NCBI GenBank assembly: GCA_002410925.1
Contig: DHPR01000013.1
Coordinates: forward strand, 1 to 64,000
Direction of reading: 5' to 3'
DNA: 64,000 bases
Source: a bacterium UBP13_UBA5359
Lineage (GTDB): Bacteria; UBP13; UBA5359
The translations under genes were made by a program, and so were the position numbers. Below, in pieces: positions 1 to 9,854 of the stretch (position 1 is the stretch's first letter; every line of letters begins with the position of its first letter). Below the pieces are notes generated by a model. That model made no database searches and had not been told where the DNA came from. It saw nothing but the letters and a program-made list of their open reading frames with translations.

Positions 1-78
1 CGTGAAATAGGACCCGGCGATACCGTCGTCATTAAGATACGCGGAGGCAGGCTGGAAGTGGTAAAAAAGACTTCGTAA
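1..78 (+). CDS. 3' end of a gene, probably Clp ATPase (ClpC) C-terminus; partial
   Basis: Frame 1 reads REIGPGDTVVIKIRGGRLEVVKKTS*, resembling the GDTVxV terminal strand of ClpC/ClpB. clpC normally lies upstream of the PIN/TRAM-ispD-ispF cluster. Confidence 0.55.
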   Translation, partial: REIGPGDTVVIKIRGGRLEVVKKTS

Positions 79-107
79 TTCTTGCCGAGGATATCTGAAA
101 GTTTCTC

Positions 108-132
108 GAAAGCCGCATTACACGCGGCTTTC
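108..132 (+). terminator. Stem-loop after the partial clpC-like gene
   Basis: GAAAGCCGC (108-116) / GCGGCTTTC (124-132), a perfect 9-bp inverted repeat. Confidence 0.55.
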
Positions 133-159
133 AGGCATATTGGATTATCCAAAACAGGT

Positions 160-188
160 TTGACGCACTTGCAGCGGTATGCTACTAT
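160..188 (+). promoter_or_regulatory. SigA/sigma70-type promoter
   Basis: TTGACG-17 nt-TACTAT with extended TG, followed by an AGGAGG SD before 224. Confidence 0.6.
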
Positions 189-223
189 ATCTTTAATTTG
201 AATGGAAAGGAGGTGCTAAAATA

Positions 224-1339
224 TTGGCAGCAAGATTCTTTAGATTGATATGCGTTATAATAGGCAGCATTTTAGGATATTATGTAGGCAGTTTCTATAG
301 CGAAGCCCATTCTGTCAACCTCAAGGTAGATATACTTAATTTTATCGGCCTCATGGCCGTTATGGCCATGATAGCTTATCTTGTGGCTCCGGTAATCTAC
401 CGTGCTTTGAGCTCTTGCAATCGCAGCATCAGCCGGACGGTAAGATCTCTGTCACCGCGCACGGTGGCGCTGGGAGTGGTCGGTCTTATAATAGGATTAA
501 TCATCGCCAATTTGACGATATTGCCGTTGGTTCTTATTACTAAAAGCGGCATAGCTCTCTTGGTATTGAGTTGTGCCGTTCTGGGCTATCTGGGAGCGGT
601 CATTGCTATAAGCCTGGGGCAGACCAAAATTGATAATCCTCTTTTTAATACCGTTTCCAATGATAGCAGCGGCGGTATAAAGCTTCTGGATACGAGCGTG
701 ATTATCGACGGCAGAATAGCAGATCTGGCGAAAACAGGTTTCGTAGAAGGGGCTATACTCATACCCAGGTTTGTGCTTGAGGAGCTGCATCATATATCGG
801 ATTCACCGGATGCTTTAAAGAGGAACAGAGGCCGGCGAGGGCTCGATGTTCTTAATCGTTTACAGAAAGAGCTGGAAGCAACGGTAGAGGTTTATGAGAC
901 GGATATAGAGGGCGACGAAGTCGATGCCAAGCTGGTAAAGCTGGGCAAGCTGATGGGCGCCAAGGTTATAACTAACGATTATAATCTCAATAAGGTGGCG
1001 GAGTTCGAGGGTGTGCAGGTTCTGAATATCAACGAACTGGCCAATGCAGTCAAGCCGGTTGTTTTGCCCGGTGAAGATATAACCGTTGCCCTTATAAAGG
1101 AAGGCAAAGATCCTGATCAAGCTATCGGCTATCTGGATGACGGCACGATGATCGTTGTCGAAGATGGCAAGCGTCTGATAGGAGAGACGGTGCCGGTAGA
1201 GGTTACCAGCACTTTGCAGACGGCTGCAGGCAAGATGATCTTTGCCCGTCCCAGAGAACGGACAGACCTGGAGGTGACCGTTTTTGATAACAACGGCGGT
1301 AGTACCCGCAGCCGGTTCAGGAAGAAGAATGGGAAATAG
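224..1339 (+). CDS. yacL: PIN/TRAM domain membrane protein (YacL family)
   Basis: N-terminal TM helices; PIN motif LLDTSVIIDGR; TNDYNLNKVA; TRAM region GYLDDGTMIVVEDG...QTAAGKMIFA; upstream of ispD. Confidence 0.92.
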   Translation: MAARFFRLICVIIGSILGYYVGSFYSEAHSVNLKVDILNFIGLMAVMAMIAYLVAPVIYRALSSCNRSISRTVRSLSPRTVALGVVGLIIGLIIANLTILPLVLITKSGIALLVLSCAVLGYLGAVIAISLGQTKIDNPLFNTVSNDSSGGIKLLDTSVIIDGRIADLAKTGFVEGAILIPRFVLEELHHISDSPDALKRNRGRRGLDVLNRLQKELEATVEVYETDIEGDEVDAKLVKLGKLMGAKVITNDYNLNKVAEFEGVQVLNINELANAVKPVVLPGEDITVALIKEGKDPDQAIGYLDDGTMIVVEDGKRLIGETVPVEVTSTLQTAAGKMIFARPRERTDLEVTVFDNNGGSTRSRFRKKNGK

Positions 1340-1988
1340 AGCTAAGCCGTTGCTCGATATCGGTGGAATCCCGATCGTAATCCATACTCTTAAGGCTCTT
1401 CTGGGATCCGGGAAAATAGATAATGCGCTAATCGTCTGTAGAGAGGCAGAGATGTCACTCTACAGACGTTTGCTTGTTAAGCACGGTTTCGGCAGTGTCG
1501 GGATAACAGCCGGCGGCGCCGAGCGCCAGAGTTCGGTTTTCAACGGCTTGAAGCAATTGCGAGGGGCAACGAAGAGGGTATTGATTCATGATGCCGTTCG
1601 TCCCTTCATCGATAATGCCATGCTGGACAGAGTGATTGAGCCGCTATCGCGCTATGCCGGCGTAGTTGCCGGTGTTCCGCTCAAGGATACCGTTAAAGAG
1701 GTTGCCGCCGATGGTGAAATTCTGTCCACCCCTCCCCGTGAATATCTTTGGGCTGTTCAAACACCGCAGGCCTTTGATTTTAAGACGATATATGAATCCC
1801 ATGAATTAGCCCGGCAGGATAATTATTCAGGAACCGATGATGCCGTTTTACTGGAAAGACGGGAAATACCGGTTCTAATGGTGCAGGGCTCATATGAGAA
1901 TATTAAATTGACGACAGCGGAGGATATCCTTCTGGCAGAGATGCTGTTAAAAATGCGGAATGCGGATTGCAAATTGCAGGCAACTTAA
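1284..1988 (+). CDS. ispD: 2-C-methyl-D-erythritol 4-phosphate cytidylyltransferase
   Basis: PAAGSGRRMG, GGAERQSSV, IHDAVRPF, QTPQAF, TDDA, NIKLTT motifs. Confidence 0.95.
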   Translation: MITTAVVPAAGSGRRMGNRAKPLLDIGGIPIVIHTLKALLGSGKIDNALIVCREAEMSLYRRLLVKHGFGSVGITAGGAERQSSVFNGLKQLRGATKRVLIHDAVRPFIDNAMLDRVIEPLSRYAGVVAGVPLKDTVKEVAADGEILSTPPREYLWAVQTPQAFDFKTIYESHELARQDNYSGTDDAVLLERREIPVLMVQGSYENIKLTTAEDILLAEMLLKMRNADCKLQAT

Positions 1989-2097
1989 GTTTGCAGCCCA
2001 ACATCTGCTTGGGATGTGAGAAGAATTGCAGGACGAAGAGCGAAGCTTGAAATTAACAACCGATAATCAACAACCGGCAACTCTCTTTAAAGGGCAT

Positions 2098-2577
2098 ATG
2101 CCCAGGGTAGGCATGGGGTATGACAGCCATAGGCTGGTTGCAGAGCGCCCGTTAATTCTTGGAGGCATTACCGTTCCCCATGCTATGGGTTTACAGGGGC
2201 ATTCAGATGCAGATGTACTGCTCCATGCCCTGATAGATGCTCTGCTGGGTGCTGCCGGAGAGGGTGACATCGGGAGACTCTTTCCCGATACCGATCCACG
2301 CTGGCTTGGCGCCGACAGTGCCGATCTATTGTTGCAGGTACGCTCGTCGATAGAAGAACGCGGTTTTCATCTGGTCAATGCCGATATGACGGTGATTGCA
2401 CAGGCACCACGGCTGGCTCCTTATATTCCTCATATGCGCCAACGCATTGCCGAGATTATGATGACGGATACAGAAAATATAAATATAAAGGCAAAGACTG
2501 CCGAAGGCATGGGACCTATCGGTAATGGTGAAGGCATGGAGGCCTATGCGATTGTTCTGATAGAACGCTCCGGATGA
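2098..2577 (+). CDS. ispF: 2-C-methyl-D-erythritol 2,4-cyclodiphosphate synthase
   Basis: RVGMGYDSH, GHSDADVLLHA, GDIGRLFPD, NIKAKTAEGMG; start moved to the in-frame ATG at 2098. Confidence 0.95.
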   Translation: MPRVGMGYDSHRLVAERPLILGGITVPHAMGLQGHSDADVLLHALIDALLGAAGEGDIGRLFPDTDPRWLGADSADLLLQVRSSIEERGFHLVNADMTVIAQAPRLAPYIPHMRQRIAEIMMTDTENINIKAKTAEGMGPIGNGEGMEAYAIVLIERSG

Positions 2578-2649
2578 CCGGAGGCCGTTCTTCAGGTTCG
2601 GCTCTTAACATAGTAAAGAGGCTTGAGCATATAAAAAAAGGAGGTAAGG

Positions 2650-3237
2650 TTGATGCAGATTGTAATCAAGGGAAGAAATATGGAGATGACCAGTGCCTTA
2701 AGAGAGTATGCCGAAAGAAAGGTGCGTCCTCTGGAACGTCTTTTTGGCAATATCATGGAAGTACAGGTTATTATGAGCATCAACAAAAATCCCAGCGTAG
2801 AGCGTAATCAGGATGTGGAGTTATCTGCTCTGGTCAACGGTGTCTTTATGGGAGTGGAGGAGCATGATAACGATATGTACAGAGCCATCGATAAAGCGGT
2901 TGATAAGCTTAGCCGCCAGGTGAGCAAATATAAGGAAAGAATACAGGAAAAGGCTGATATGAAGTATACCCAGGCCATGAGTATGGCTGAGGAGATGCTG
3001 GAGGACAGGAAGGAAGAAAAGGAAAAGGAAGAGGAAGAGGAGGAGTTACAGGCTCGGCCGCAGCAGATAGTAAAGCGCAAGAGCTTTCTGCTGAAACCGA
3101 TGTTTCCTGAAGATGCCGCCATTCAGATGGAAGAACTCGGCCATGCCTTCTTTGTCTTTCGTAATGCCGAGACAGAGAGCATAAACGTTATTTATAGGCG
3201 TCGGGATGGTGATTATGGTCTGATCGAAACCCGGTAA
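2650..3237 (+). CDS. hpf: Long ribosome hibernation promoting factor (HPF/RaiA)
   Basis: IKGRNMEMTSALREYAERKV, DMYRAIDKAVDKL, C-terminal KPMFPEDAAIQMEELGHAFFVFRN...YRRRDGDYGLIE. Confidence 0.93.
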   Translation: MMQIVIKGRNMEMTSALREYAERKVRPLERLFGNIMEVQVIMSINKNPSVERNQDVELSALVNGVFMGVEEHDNDMYRAIDKAVDKLSRQVSKYKERIQEKADMKYTQAMSMAEEMLEDRKEEKEKEEEEEELQARPQQIVKRKSFLLKPMFPEDAAIQMEELGHAFFVFRNAETESINVIYRRRDGDYGLIETR

Positions 3238-3241
3238 GGTC

Positions 3242-4174
3242 ATGATACTCACCATCACCTTGAATCCTGCCCTGGATAAAACTCTCCTGATCGATAGTCT
3301 GAAAGTGCATGATACCAACCGCATCAGATCGCTGGAGATTGATCCCGGTGGCAAAGGTATAAATGTTTCGCGATTGCTGAAGGAGCTAGGCATCTCAACT
3401 GTGGCATCCGGATTTATTGGAGGAGATGCCGGGCGGTATATCGAGAGCTCTCTGCATCGGCAGGCTATAAGGACGGAGTTTGTTGAAATAAAGGGCGTTA
3501 CTCGTACCAACATAGCTATAGTTGAGGAAGAGATAGAGGCGCCGCCTACAACCTTTAATGAAGCCGGCCCCGATATTTCAGCTGTAGAATTGGAGGAGCT
3601 GGAGCGCCGGTTGAGCACTTTGATGCATGAGGCCGATATGGTAGCTATAGGGGGCAGCCTGCCTCCGGGCGTTCCCCGGGAAATTTATGCTCGTTTTATC
3701 AGATTAGCTGCCGATTGCCAGGCCATGACCGTGCTGGATGCCGAAGGAGCCCCTTTCGATTTGGGAGTGGAGGCCGGCCCTGCCATGATTAAGCCTAACC
3801 TGCGGGAGGCAGAGCGCATAACAGGCAGAAGGCTAAAGAGTGAGAGCGATATTCTTCTTGCTGCCAGGGAGCTGCAACGCCGAGGAGTGGAAATAGTGGT
3901 TATTTCGATGGGTGCAGAAGGGGCTGTCGCCGTCGACGATAAGGCATGGAAAGCTACGCCGCCGCGAGTAGAATCCTTTAGTACCATTGGATCGGGGGAT
4001 TCCATGATTGCCGGCATTTTGTACGGATTGATGCGCGGTGAAACTTTTGCTGAAGCATTGTCCTGGGGAAGTGCTGCAGGAGCAGCCACTGCCGCTACAC
4101 CGGGAACGGCATTGGGCAGCCTGGAGGATATACGCAAGCTGAAACCTGCTGTAAAGGTGGAAAGGATAGAATAG
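3242..4174 (+). CDS. 1-phosphofructokinase family hexose kinase (PfkB)
   Basis: TITLNPALD, PGGKGINVS, IKPN, STIGSGDSMIAG PfkB signatures. Confidence 0.9.
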   Translation: MILTITLNPALDKTLLIDSLKVHDTNRIRSLEIDPGGKGINVSRLLKELGISTVASGFIGGDAGRYIESSLHRQAIRTEFVEIKGVTRTNIAIVEEEIEAPPTTFNEAGPDISAVELEELERRLSTLMHEADMVAIGGSLPPGVPREIYARFIRLAADCQAMTVLDAEGAPFDLGVEAGPAMIKPNLREAERITGRRLKSESDILLAARELQRRGVEIVVISMGAEGAVAVDDKAWKATPPRVESFSTIGSGDSMIAGILYGLMRGETFAEALSWGSAAGAATAATPGTALGSLEDIRKLKPAVKVERIE

Positions 4175-4283
4175 CTCAAGTGAGCGGAATTCAAAGCAAC
4201 TTAAAGCGGCTTAATATAATCTGCTTTGGTCATCTGGGGCTCTGAATTCTTCTTATTCGAGCAGTCGATATTGGAGAGAGATT

Positions 4284-5804
4284 ATGAAAACCGATAAACA
4301 AATTATAAACGTGAAGCATAATTATCAAAGAGTGAGGGTGCGTTTTGCACCGGCGCCGACAGGTTATCTGCATGTAGGCAGCGTCAGAACCGCTCTTTTC
4401 AACTGGTTGTTCGCCAGAGCCAACGATGGAGATATGATTCTCAGAATAGAAGATACGGATATAGAAAGATCCGCCGCCGTCTATGAAGAAGATATTCTGG
4501 CAGGTTTACGATGGCTGGGGCTGGACTGGGACGAGGGACCCGATATAGGGGGAACACATGTACCGTATCGACAATCTGAGCGTGGCGATCTTTATACCCG
4601 CCGGGCAATGGACTTGATAGAGCGCGGAGAAGCATATTATTGCTTCTGTAGTGAGGAAGAACTCGCTGCTCGGCGAGAGGCTATGCTAGCTGCCGGCAAG
4701 ACGCCGCGCTATGACAATTCTTGCCGGGCACTGAGCCGCAAAGAGGTGGAGCGTCGCTTGAATGAGGGTTCTGTTCCGGCTGTACGCTATCGGGTGGAGC
4801 CGTCTAAAGAGCAGGATGCGGAATATGGGATACTAAATAATGAATATCATGAATGTGTGGTAAAAGATCTGATAAAGGGAGAGGTCAGCTTCCGCCTGGA
4901 TGAAATAGGTGATTTTATTATCATGAAATCCGGTCTTAAACCGGCATTTATCTTCGCCGGCGTGGTGGATGACGCCCTGATGGGTATAACTCATGTCGTC
5001 AGAGGAGAGGATCACCTTTCCAATACACCGCGACAAATACTTCTTTACAGGGCATTGGGCTTTGGGTTGCCTCAGTTTGCGCATATACCTCTCATTCTTG
5101 GTCCGGATCGCTCCAAGCTGAGCAAGCGGCATGGAGCAACTTCCGTTATTCAATTCCGCGAAGAGGGGTATCTGCCGGAAGCCTTTTTTAATTATCTCTC
5201 TTTGTTGGGATGGTCTCCGTCGGAGACGGACCTGGAAATACTCCCTCGCCAAAGGGTGGTTGAGGATTTCAGTTTGGAACGTATCTCCAGTAGCCCGGCT
5301 GTTTTTGATACGGATAAGCTGAAATGGATGAACGGGCAATATATAAAGCAGGCTCCGGCACATTGTCTGCTGAAATTAGCGCTGCCTTATCTGCATCAGG
5401 CCGGGCTGATGGCAGCCGATGACAGTCAGTTCACGGAGGAGTGGCTGTTGGAAGTGGTGGAACTGGTGCGTACCTCCATCGATCTTATCAGCCGGATACC
5501 GGATGAAGTTTCCTTCCTCTTTACCGCTATGCCGGAGATGACGGCTGAGGCTGAAGAGATTCTGGCCGTAGAAGCATCCAGAACGGCCCTTAATGCCTGC
5601 ATAAGCGCCTTCGCAAGACATGAAGAGTTACAATATGATATTATAAAGTCTGATTTGGATGACATCGTTGCTGCTACCGGTCTGAAGAAGAGACAACTTT
5701 TTCAGCCACTCAGGGCGGCTTTGACCGGGCGCGTGCACGGTCCGGAATTGGTGCGTATCATCGCCCTTCTGGGACGTGACCGCGTGCTGCAGCGGCTGAA
5801 ATAA
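4284..5804 (+). CDS. gltX: Glutamate--tRNA ligase
   Basis: RFAPAPTGYLHVGS (HIGH), LRIEDTD, Zn-knuckle CFCS...YDNSC, RGEDH, KLSKR. Confidence 0.96.
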   Translation: MKTDKQIINVKHNYQRVRVRFAPAPTGYLHVGSVRTALFNWLFARANDGDMILRIEDTDIERSAAVYEEDILAGLRWLGLDWDEGPDIGGTHVPYRQSERGDLYTRRAMDLIERGEAYYCFCSEEELAARREAMLAAGKTPRYDNSCRALSRKEVERRLNEGSVPAVRYRVEPSKEQDAEYGILNNEYHECVVKDLIKGEVSFRLDEIGDFIIMKSGLKPAFIFAGVVDDALMGITHVVRGEDHLSNTPRQILLYRALGFGLPQFAHIPLILGPDRSKLSKRHGATSVIQFREEGYLPEAFFNYLSLLGWSPSETDLEILPRQRVVEDFSLERISSSPAVFDTDKLKWMNGQYIKQAPAHCLLKLALPYLHQAGLMAADDSQFTEEWLLEVVELVRTSIDLISRIPDEVSFLFTAMPEMTAEAEEILAVEASRTALNACISAFARHEELQYDIIKSDLDDIVAATGLKKRQLFQPLRAALTGRVHGPELVRIIALLGRDRVLQRLK

Positions 5805-5855
5805 GAGGATAGGGATGCTGACCCCTAAAATAAAGCATGGAAAGTAAAGAAGGGA

Positions 5856-6554
5856 GTGAAGACGATGCTGGATACTATAAAAGCTGATATACAGGCGGTT
5901 TTTGAACGTGATCCCGCCGCCCGCAATATTATAGAAGTGTTGACCTATCCAGGTCTGCACGCCATACTCTGGCATCGAATTGCTCATCGCCTCTGGCGTT
6001 GGCGTATGCCGTTGATCCCTCGCCTGATATCACAGGTATCCCGTCTCTTTACGGGTATAGAGATACATCCGGGGGCCGTTATCGGCCGCAGTTTCTTCGT
6101 AGACCATGGTATGGGTACCGTTATCGGTGAAACTACCGAGATAGGAGATAATGTAACCCTTTACCAGGGTGTCACTCTGGGTGGAACCGGTAAGGAGAAG
6201 GGAAAACGCCATCCCACCATAGGTAATAATGTCATGATCAGCACCGGGGCCAAAGTTCTAGGCTCCATAACCGTAGGCGATAATGCCAAGGTGGGAGCCA
6301 ATGCTGTAGTTGTCAAGCCTGTACCGGCTAATTGCACCGTGGTCGGTGTTCCCGGCCGCGTAGTAGTGCAGGGAGGCAGGCGAGTTGTTGAAGCCCTGGA
6401 GCATGGCAATCTACCGGATCCGGAAGCGCAGATGCTTCATTGCCTATTGAAGAAGATAGAAGCTTTGGAGCACCGTATAGAAGCTTTGCAGAATGAAAGA
6501 GAGAGGCCTGCTCTGTCATATAATGACGAGCAAGAGCATAAAGCCAATAAATAA
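5856..6554 (+). CDS. cysE: Serine O-acetyltransferase
   Basis: [42 protein letters not shown] hexapeptide repeats. Confidence 0.95.
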   Translation: MKTMLDTIKADIQAVFERDPAARNIIEVLTYPGLHAILWHRIAHRLWRWRMPLIPRLISQVSRLFTGIEIHPGAVIGRSFFVDHGMGTVIGETTEIGDNVTLYQGVTLGGTGKEKGKRHPTIGNNVMISTGAKVLGSITVGDNAKVGANAVVVKPVPANCTVVGVPGRVVVQGGRRVVEALEHGNLPDPEAQMLHCLLKKIEALEHRIEALQNERERPALSYNDEQEHKANK

Positions 6555-6656
6555 GGGCTGAAATTTCAAACTTGCAGGTAAATGGGCATGGATCTCTGAG
6601 CCTTGGCGCCCGGTCTGCAAAGATGCCTGAATATATAAATACTGAGGAGGTGGCCG

Positions 6657-8084
6657 ATGCCACTGCGTCTTTATAACACTATGGCCGGGCGGAAAGAGGA
6701 GTTAGTGCCCGCTCATCCAGGTTCTGTTTCCATGTATGTATGCGGTGTGACACCGTATGATTATTCCCATTTGGGGCATGCCCGCGCCTATGTAACGTTC
6801 GACGTGGTAAAGCGTTATTTACAGCATTCAGGGTATGAAGTCTACCATGTTCAGAATTTTACTGATATCGACGACAAGATCATCAAGCGTGCGGCGCAGG
6901 AGGGCACGGATGCCGGCACACTGGCACAGCGCTATATAGATGCCTATTTTGAGGATATGGATGCTTTAGGAATTATCAGAGCATCCGTCTATCCCCGAGT
7001 TACAGAGCATATCGACGCCGTGGTGGAGATGGTAGCCGTACTGCAGCAGAAGGGGTATGCCTATGAGGTGGATGGCGACGTTTATTTTGACGTGGCGCGT
7101 TTTAAAGGATATGGTGCTCTGTCCGGCAGAGATCTGGAAGAAATGAGGGCTGGGGCCCGGATAGAGATCAATGAACTCAAGCGCAGCCCTCTGGATTTTG
7201 TTCTTTGGAAGAGGTCCAAGGATGGCGAGCCTGCCTGGCAGAGCCCCTGGGGGCCAGGGCGCCCCGGCTGGCATATAGAATGCTCCGCTATGTCGCTCAA
7301 ATATCTTGGCTGCGGTTTCGATATTCACGGCGGAGGGCAGGATCTTATCTTTCCGCACCATGAAAATGAAATCGCTCAGTCCGAGGCATATGCCGGCTGC
7401 AGTCCCTTTGCTCGTTATTGGATGCATAATGGCTTTGTCACCATAGACAGAGAGAAGATGTCCAAATCACTGGGCAATTTCTTCACCGTGCGCCAGATAC
7501 TGGAGCAATATGAGGCGGAGGTGGTACGCTACTATCTTGTCTCCGTCCACTACCGTAGCCCCATAGATTTCAGCGATGAGCGCCTGGAAGAGGCCAAGCG
7601 GGCTCTGGAGCGTTTGCGTCAGACCAGAGACAGCCTGACCCGGACACTGAGGCAGGGCGGGCTGCAGGAAGGCAGCCCGGAGGACGCCCGTTTAGAGCGA
7701 TTGACCGCACTGCAGGCGGACTTTGACATTGCTATGGACGATGATTTCAATACCGCCGGCGCTTTGGCGGCACTGCACAGCCTGGCCGGTGAGGCCAACC
7801 GTCTTATGGCCGATCCCGGCCTGGCCGGAATGACCGGAGCAGGGACTCTCTTGCAGAGCCTGCTGGACGGCCTGCATCACATGGGCGATCTGCTGGGCAT
7901 ACTGCGTGAGGAGACCGGCCTGACCGGCATGACGGAAGAGTTGATGGACCTGCTGATAGAGGTCAGGAAGGAACTCCGCTCACGCAAGCTCTGGGATCTC
8001 TCCGATCTGTTGCGTGACCGCCTGCAAGGAATCGGCATCACTCTGGAGGACCGGCCGGAAGGCACCACCTGGAGGAAAGCCTGA
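6657..8084 (+). CDS. cysS: Cysteine--tRNA ligase
   Basis: MYVCGVTPY, HLGHAR, PGWHIECSAM, FPHHENE, KMSKSLGN. Confidence 0.97.
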   Translation: MPLRLYNTMAGRKEELVPAHPGSVSMYVCGVTPYDYSHLGHARAYVTFDVVKRYLQHSGYEVYHVQNFTDIDDKIIKRAAQEGTDAGTLAQRYIDAYFEDMDALGIIRASVYPRVTEHIDAVVEMVAVLQQKGYAYEVDGDVYFDVARFKGYGALSGRDLEEMRAGARIEINELKRSPLDFVLWKRSKDGEPAWQSPWGPGRPGWHIECSAMSLKYLGCGFDIHGGGQDLIFPHHENEIAQSEAYAGCSPFARYWMHNGFVTIDREKMSKSLGNFFTVRQILEQYEAEVVRYYLVSVHYRSPIDFSDERLEEAKRALERLRQTRDSLTRTLRQGGLQEGSPEDARLERLTALQADFDIAMDDDFNTAGALAALHSLAGEANRLMADPGLAGMTGAGTLLQSLLDGLHHMGDLLGILREETGLTGMTEELMDLLIEVRKELRSRKLWDLSDLLRDRLQGIGITLEDRPEGTTWRKA

Positions 8085-8085
8085 G

Positions 8086-8817
8086 ATGAACTACGCAGCC
8101 GGGCGCAATGCCGTCAATGAGGCTCTGAAGGCAGGACATGCCATAGAGAAGATATTGGTTGCCAAAGGCTCCCTGAGAGGGGAGCCTTTCCATCGCCTGG
8201 TAGAAGAGGCCCGGCAGGCAGGAACCTATGTGCAGGAGACGGATCGCGCTAAACTGGATGAGATTACCCCTCGGCATCAGGGCGTTATCGCTATTCTGGC
8301 AGCCTGGGATTATACCGAACTGGACGATATCCTGGCCCGCGCCGGCAAGAGCGGACGTCGGCCGTTGCTGGTGATCCTGGACGAAGTCAATGACCCCGGC
8401 AATCTGGGCGCCGTTATGCGCTCTGCCGAGGCCGCCGGCGCCGACGGCATCATTATCCCTAAGCGCCGCTCCGCAGGCTTGACGGCGGCGGTGGCCAGAA
8501 GCTCGGCCGGAGCCATCGAGTATATGCCGGTAGCCCGTGTCAACAATCTGGTAGCGGCTATGCGCCGTATCAAGGAGGCCGGCATCTGGATAGCCGGCGC
8601 CGAGGCAGACGCCCCGTCTCTCTACTATCAGGCTGATTTCAATATACCGCTGGCCCTGGTCCTGGGCGGCGAATCTAAGGGGTTGGGACGCCTGGTTCGG
8701 CAAGAGTGTGATCTTCTGGTTCATATCCCCCTGCTGGGGCGCATATCCTCTCTCAATGTCTCGGCCGCAGCCGCGGTCCTGCTCTTCGAAGCCGTCAGGC
8801 AACGCTCGCTTCGGTAA
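8086..8817 (+). CDS. rlmB: 23S rRNA (Gm2251) 2'-O-methyltransferase, TrmH family
   Basis: GRNAVNEAL, HQGVIA, DPGNLGAVMRSA, LGGESKGL, SLNVSAAA; start at ATG 8086 just after the cysS stop. Confidence 0.93.
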   Translation: MNYAAGRNAVNEALKAGHAIEKILVAKGSLRGEPFHRLVEEARQAGTYVQETDRAKLDEITPRHQGVIAILAAWDYTELDDILARAGKSGRRPLLVILDEVNDPGNLGAVMRSAEAAGADGIIIPKRRSAGLTAAVARSSAGAIEYMPVARVNNLVAAMRRIKEAGIWIAGAEADAPSLYYQADFNIPLALVLGGESKGLGRLVRQECDLLVHIPLLGRISSLNVSAAAAVLLFEAVRQRSLR

Positions 8818-8841
8818 GATTGCGACCGCTGAAAATCCCTA

Positions 8842-8870
8842 TTGACCATTGCTTCTCGTAAGCATATAAT
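8842..8870 (+). promoter_or_regulatory. SigA-type promoter of sigH
   Basis: TTGACC-17 nt-TATAAT. Confidence 0.7.
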
Positions 8871-9033
8871 AGGAATGTAGGCTTTTTACTTAAAAAGTTA
8901 TACAAAAGCTGATCAGGGTGACAAGCACTTATTTTGTTAAGCATGATATTGCAGGCCCATACACCCGGGGGAAGCAGAGCCATAGCCATTATGTCATATT
9001 TTTATGTAATATTCTCCGGGGAGGGCGGTACAT

Positions 9034-9693
9034 TTGATCGGCACATTACAATCCGTTCGTCCAGCGTATCAGACTATGGTGGATGAGGAGGTCGTTTTAC
9101 AGGCGCGTGAAGGTAATCAGCAGGCGGCAGAGCACCTGATTCGTAAATATAAAAATTATATCAGAGGCAAAGCTAAAACCTACTTTCTGCTGGGAGCCGA
9201 TAGCGACGATATTATTCAGGAAGGCATGATAGGTCTCTATAAAGCCATCAGAGATTACAAGGAGGAGAGAGCTGTTTCCTTTAAGGTTTTTGCCGAAATA
9301 TGTGTAACTCGGCAGATAATTACGGCTATTAAGGCAGCTACTCGTCAGAAGCATAGCTTTCTTAATTCCTATGTATCTTTGAATAAGCCTATCAATGACG
9401 AGAACAGCGACGGGGCTACAATGGCTTCCTTCTTTGTGGGGAAAGAACAGGATCCGCAGGAGGTGGTTATACAACAGCTGATGCTGCGTAATCTTCAGGA
9501 GCGTATTCGAACCAGCTTAAGCCCTTTTGAGATGGATGTGCTTACGCTATATCTGGAGTGTAAATCATACAGCCAGATAGCCGAGACCCTCGACAGGCCG
9601 GTTAAATCCGTGGATAACGCATTGCAGCGTATCAAACGCAAGCTGGGCCGGGAGATCCTGGAAAGTGAGGAGCAGATAGAAGAAGCTGTATAA
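9034..9693 (+). CDS. sigH: RNA polymerase sigma factor SigH
   Basis: YFLLGADSDDIIQEGMIGLYKAIRDY, RQIITAIKAATRQKH..LNSYVSL, KSVDNALQRIKRKL; canonical position after rlmB. Confidence 0.93.
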   Translation: MIGTLQSVRPAYQTMVDEEVVLQAREGNQQAAEHLIRKYKNYIRGKAKTYFLLGADSDDIIQEGMIGLYKAIRDYKEERAVSFKVFAEICVTRQIITAIKAATRQKHSFLNSYVSLNKPINDENSDGATMASFFVGKEQDPQEVVIQQLMLRNLQERIRTSLSPFEMDVLTLYLECKSYSQIAETLDRPVKSVDNALQRIKRKLGREILESEEQIEEAV

Positions 9694-9782
9694 AGTGATT
9701 GATGCAACTCTGCCACAGGTAGTCAAAACGATCTAAATAGTGTAAAATAAAGGACTGTCGGCATAAGACGACAGCCGTTTTC

Positions 9783-9808
9783 TCAGGCGGCCTTTAAAGG
9801 CCGCCTGA
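9783..9808. terminator. Perfect 26-bp palindrome between sigH and iorA (terminator or operator)
   Basis: TCAGGCGGCCTTTAAAGGCCGCCTGA is its own reverse complement; no long U-tract follows. Confidence 0.5.
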
Positions 9809-9854
9809 ATGTTATTATGTCCGGCGGCAAATTGTATGTGAGGAAGGTTATACC

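Noticed and set aside
5805-6656. T-box leaders before cysE or cysS
   Set aside because: The gaps are only about 50 and 100 nt, with no GGTGGNACCGCG T-box sequence
9705-9780. ANTAR-type dual hairpin or riboswitch before iorA
   Set aside because: The loops are not the required hexaloops and no riboswitch consensus was recognised
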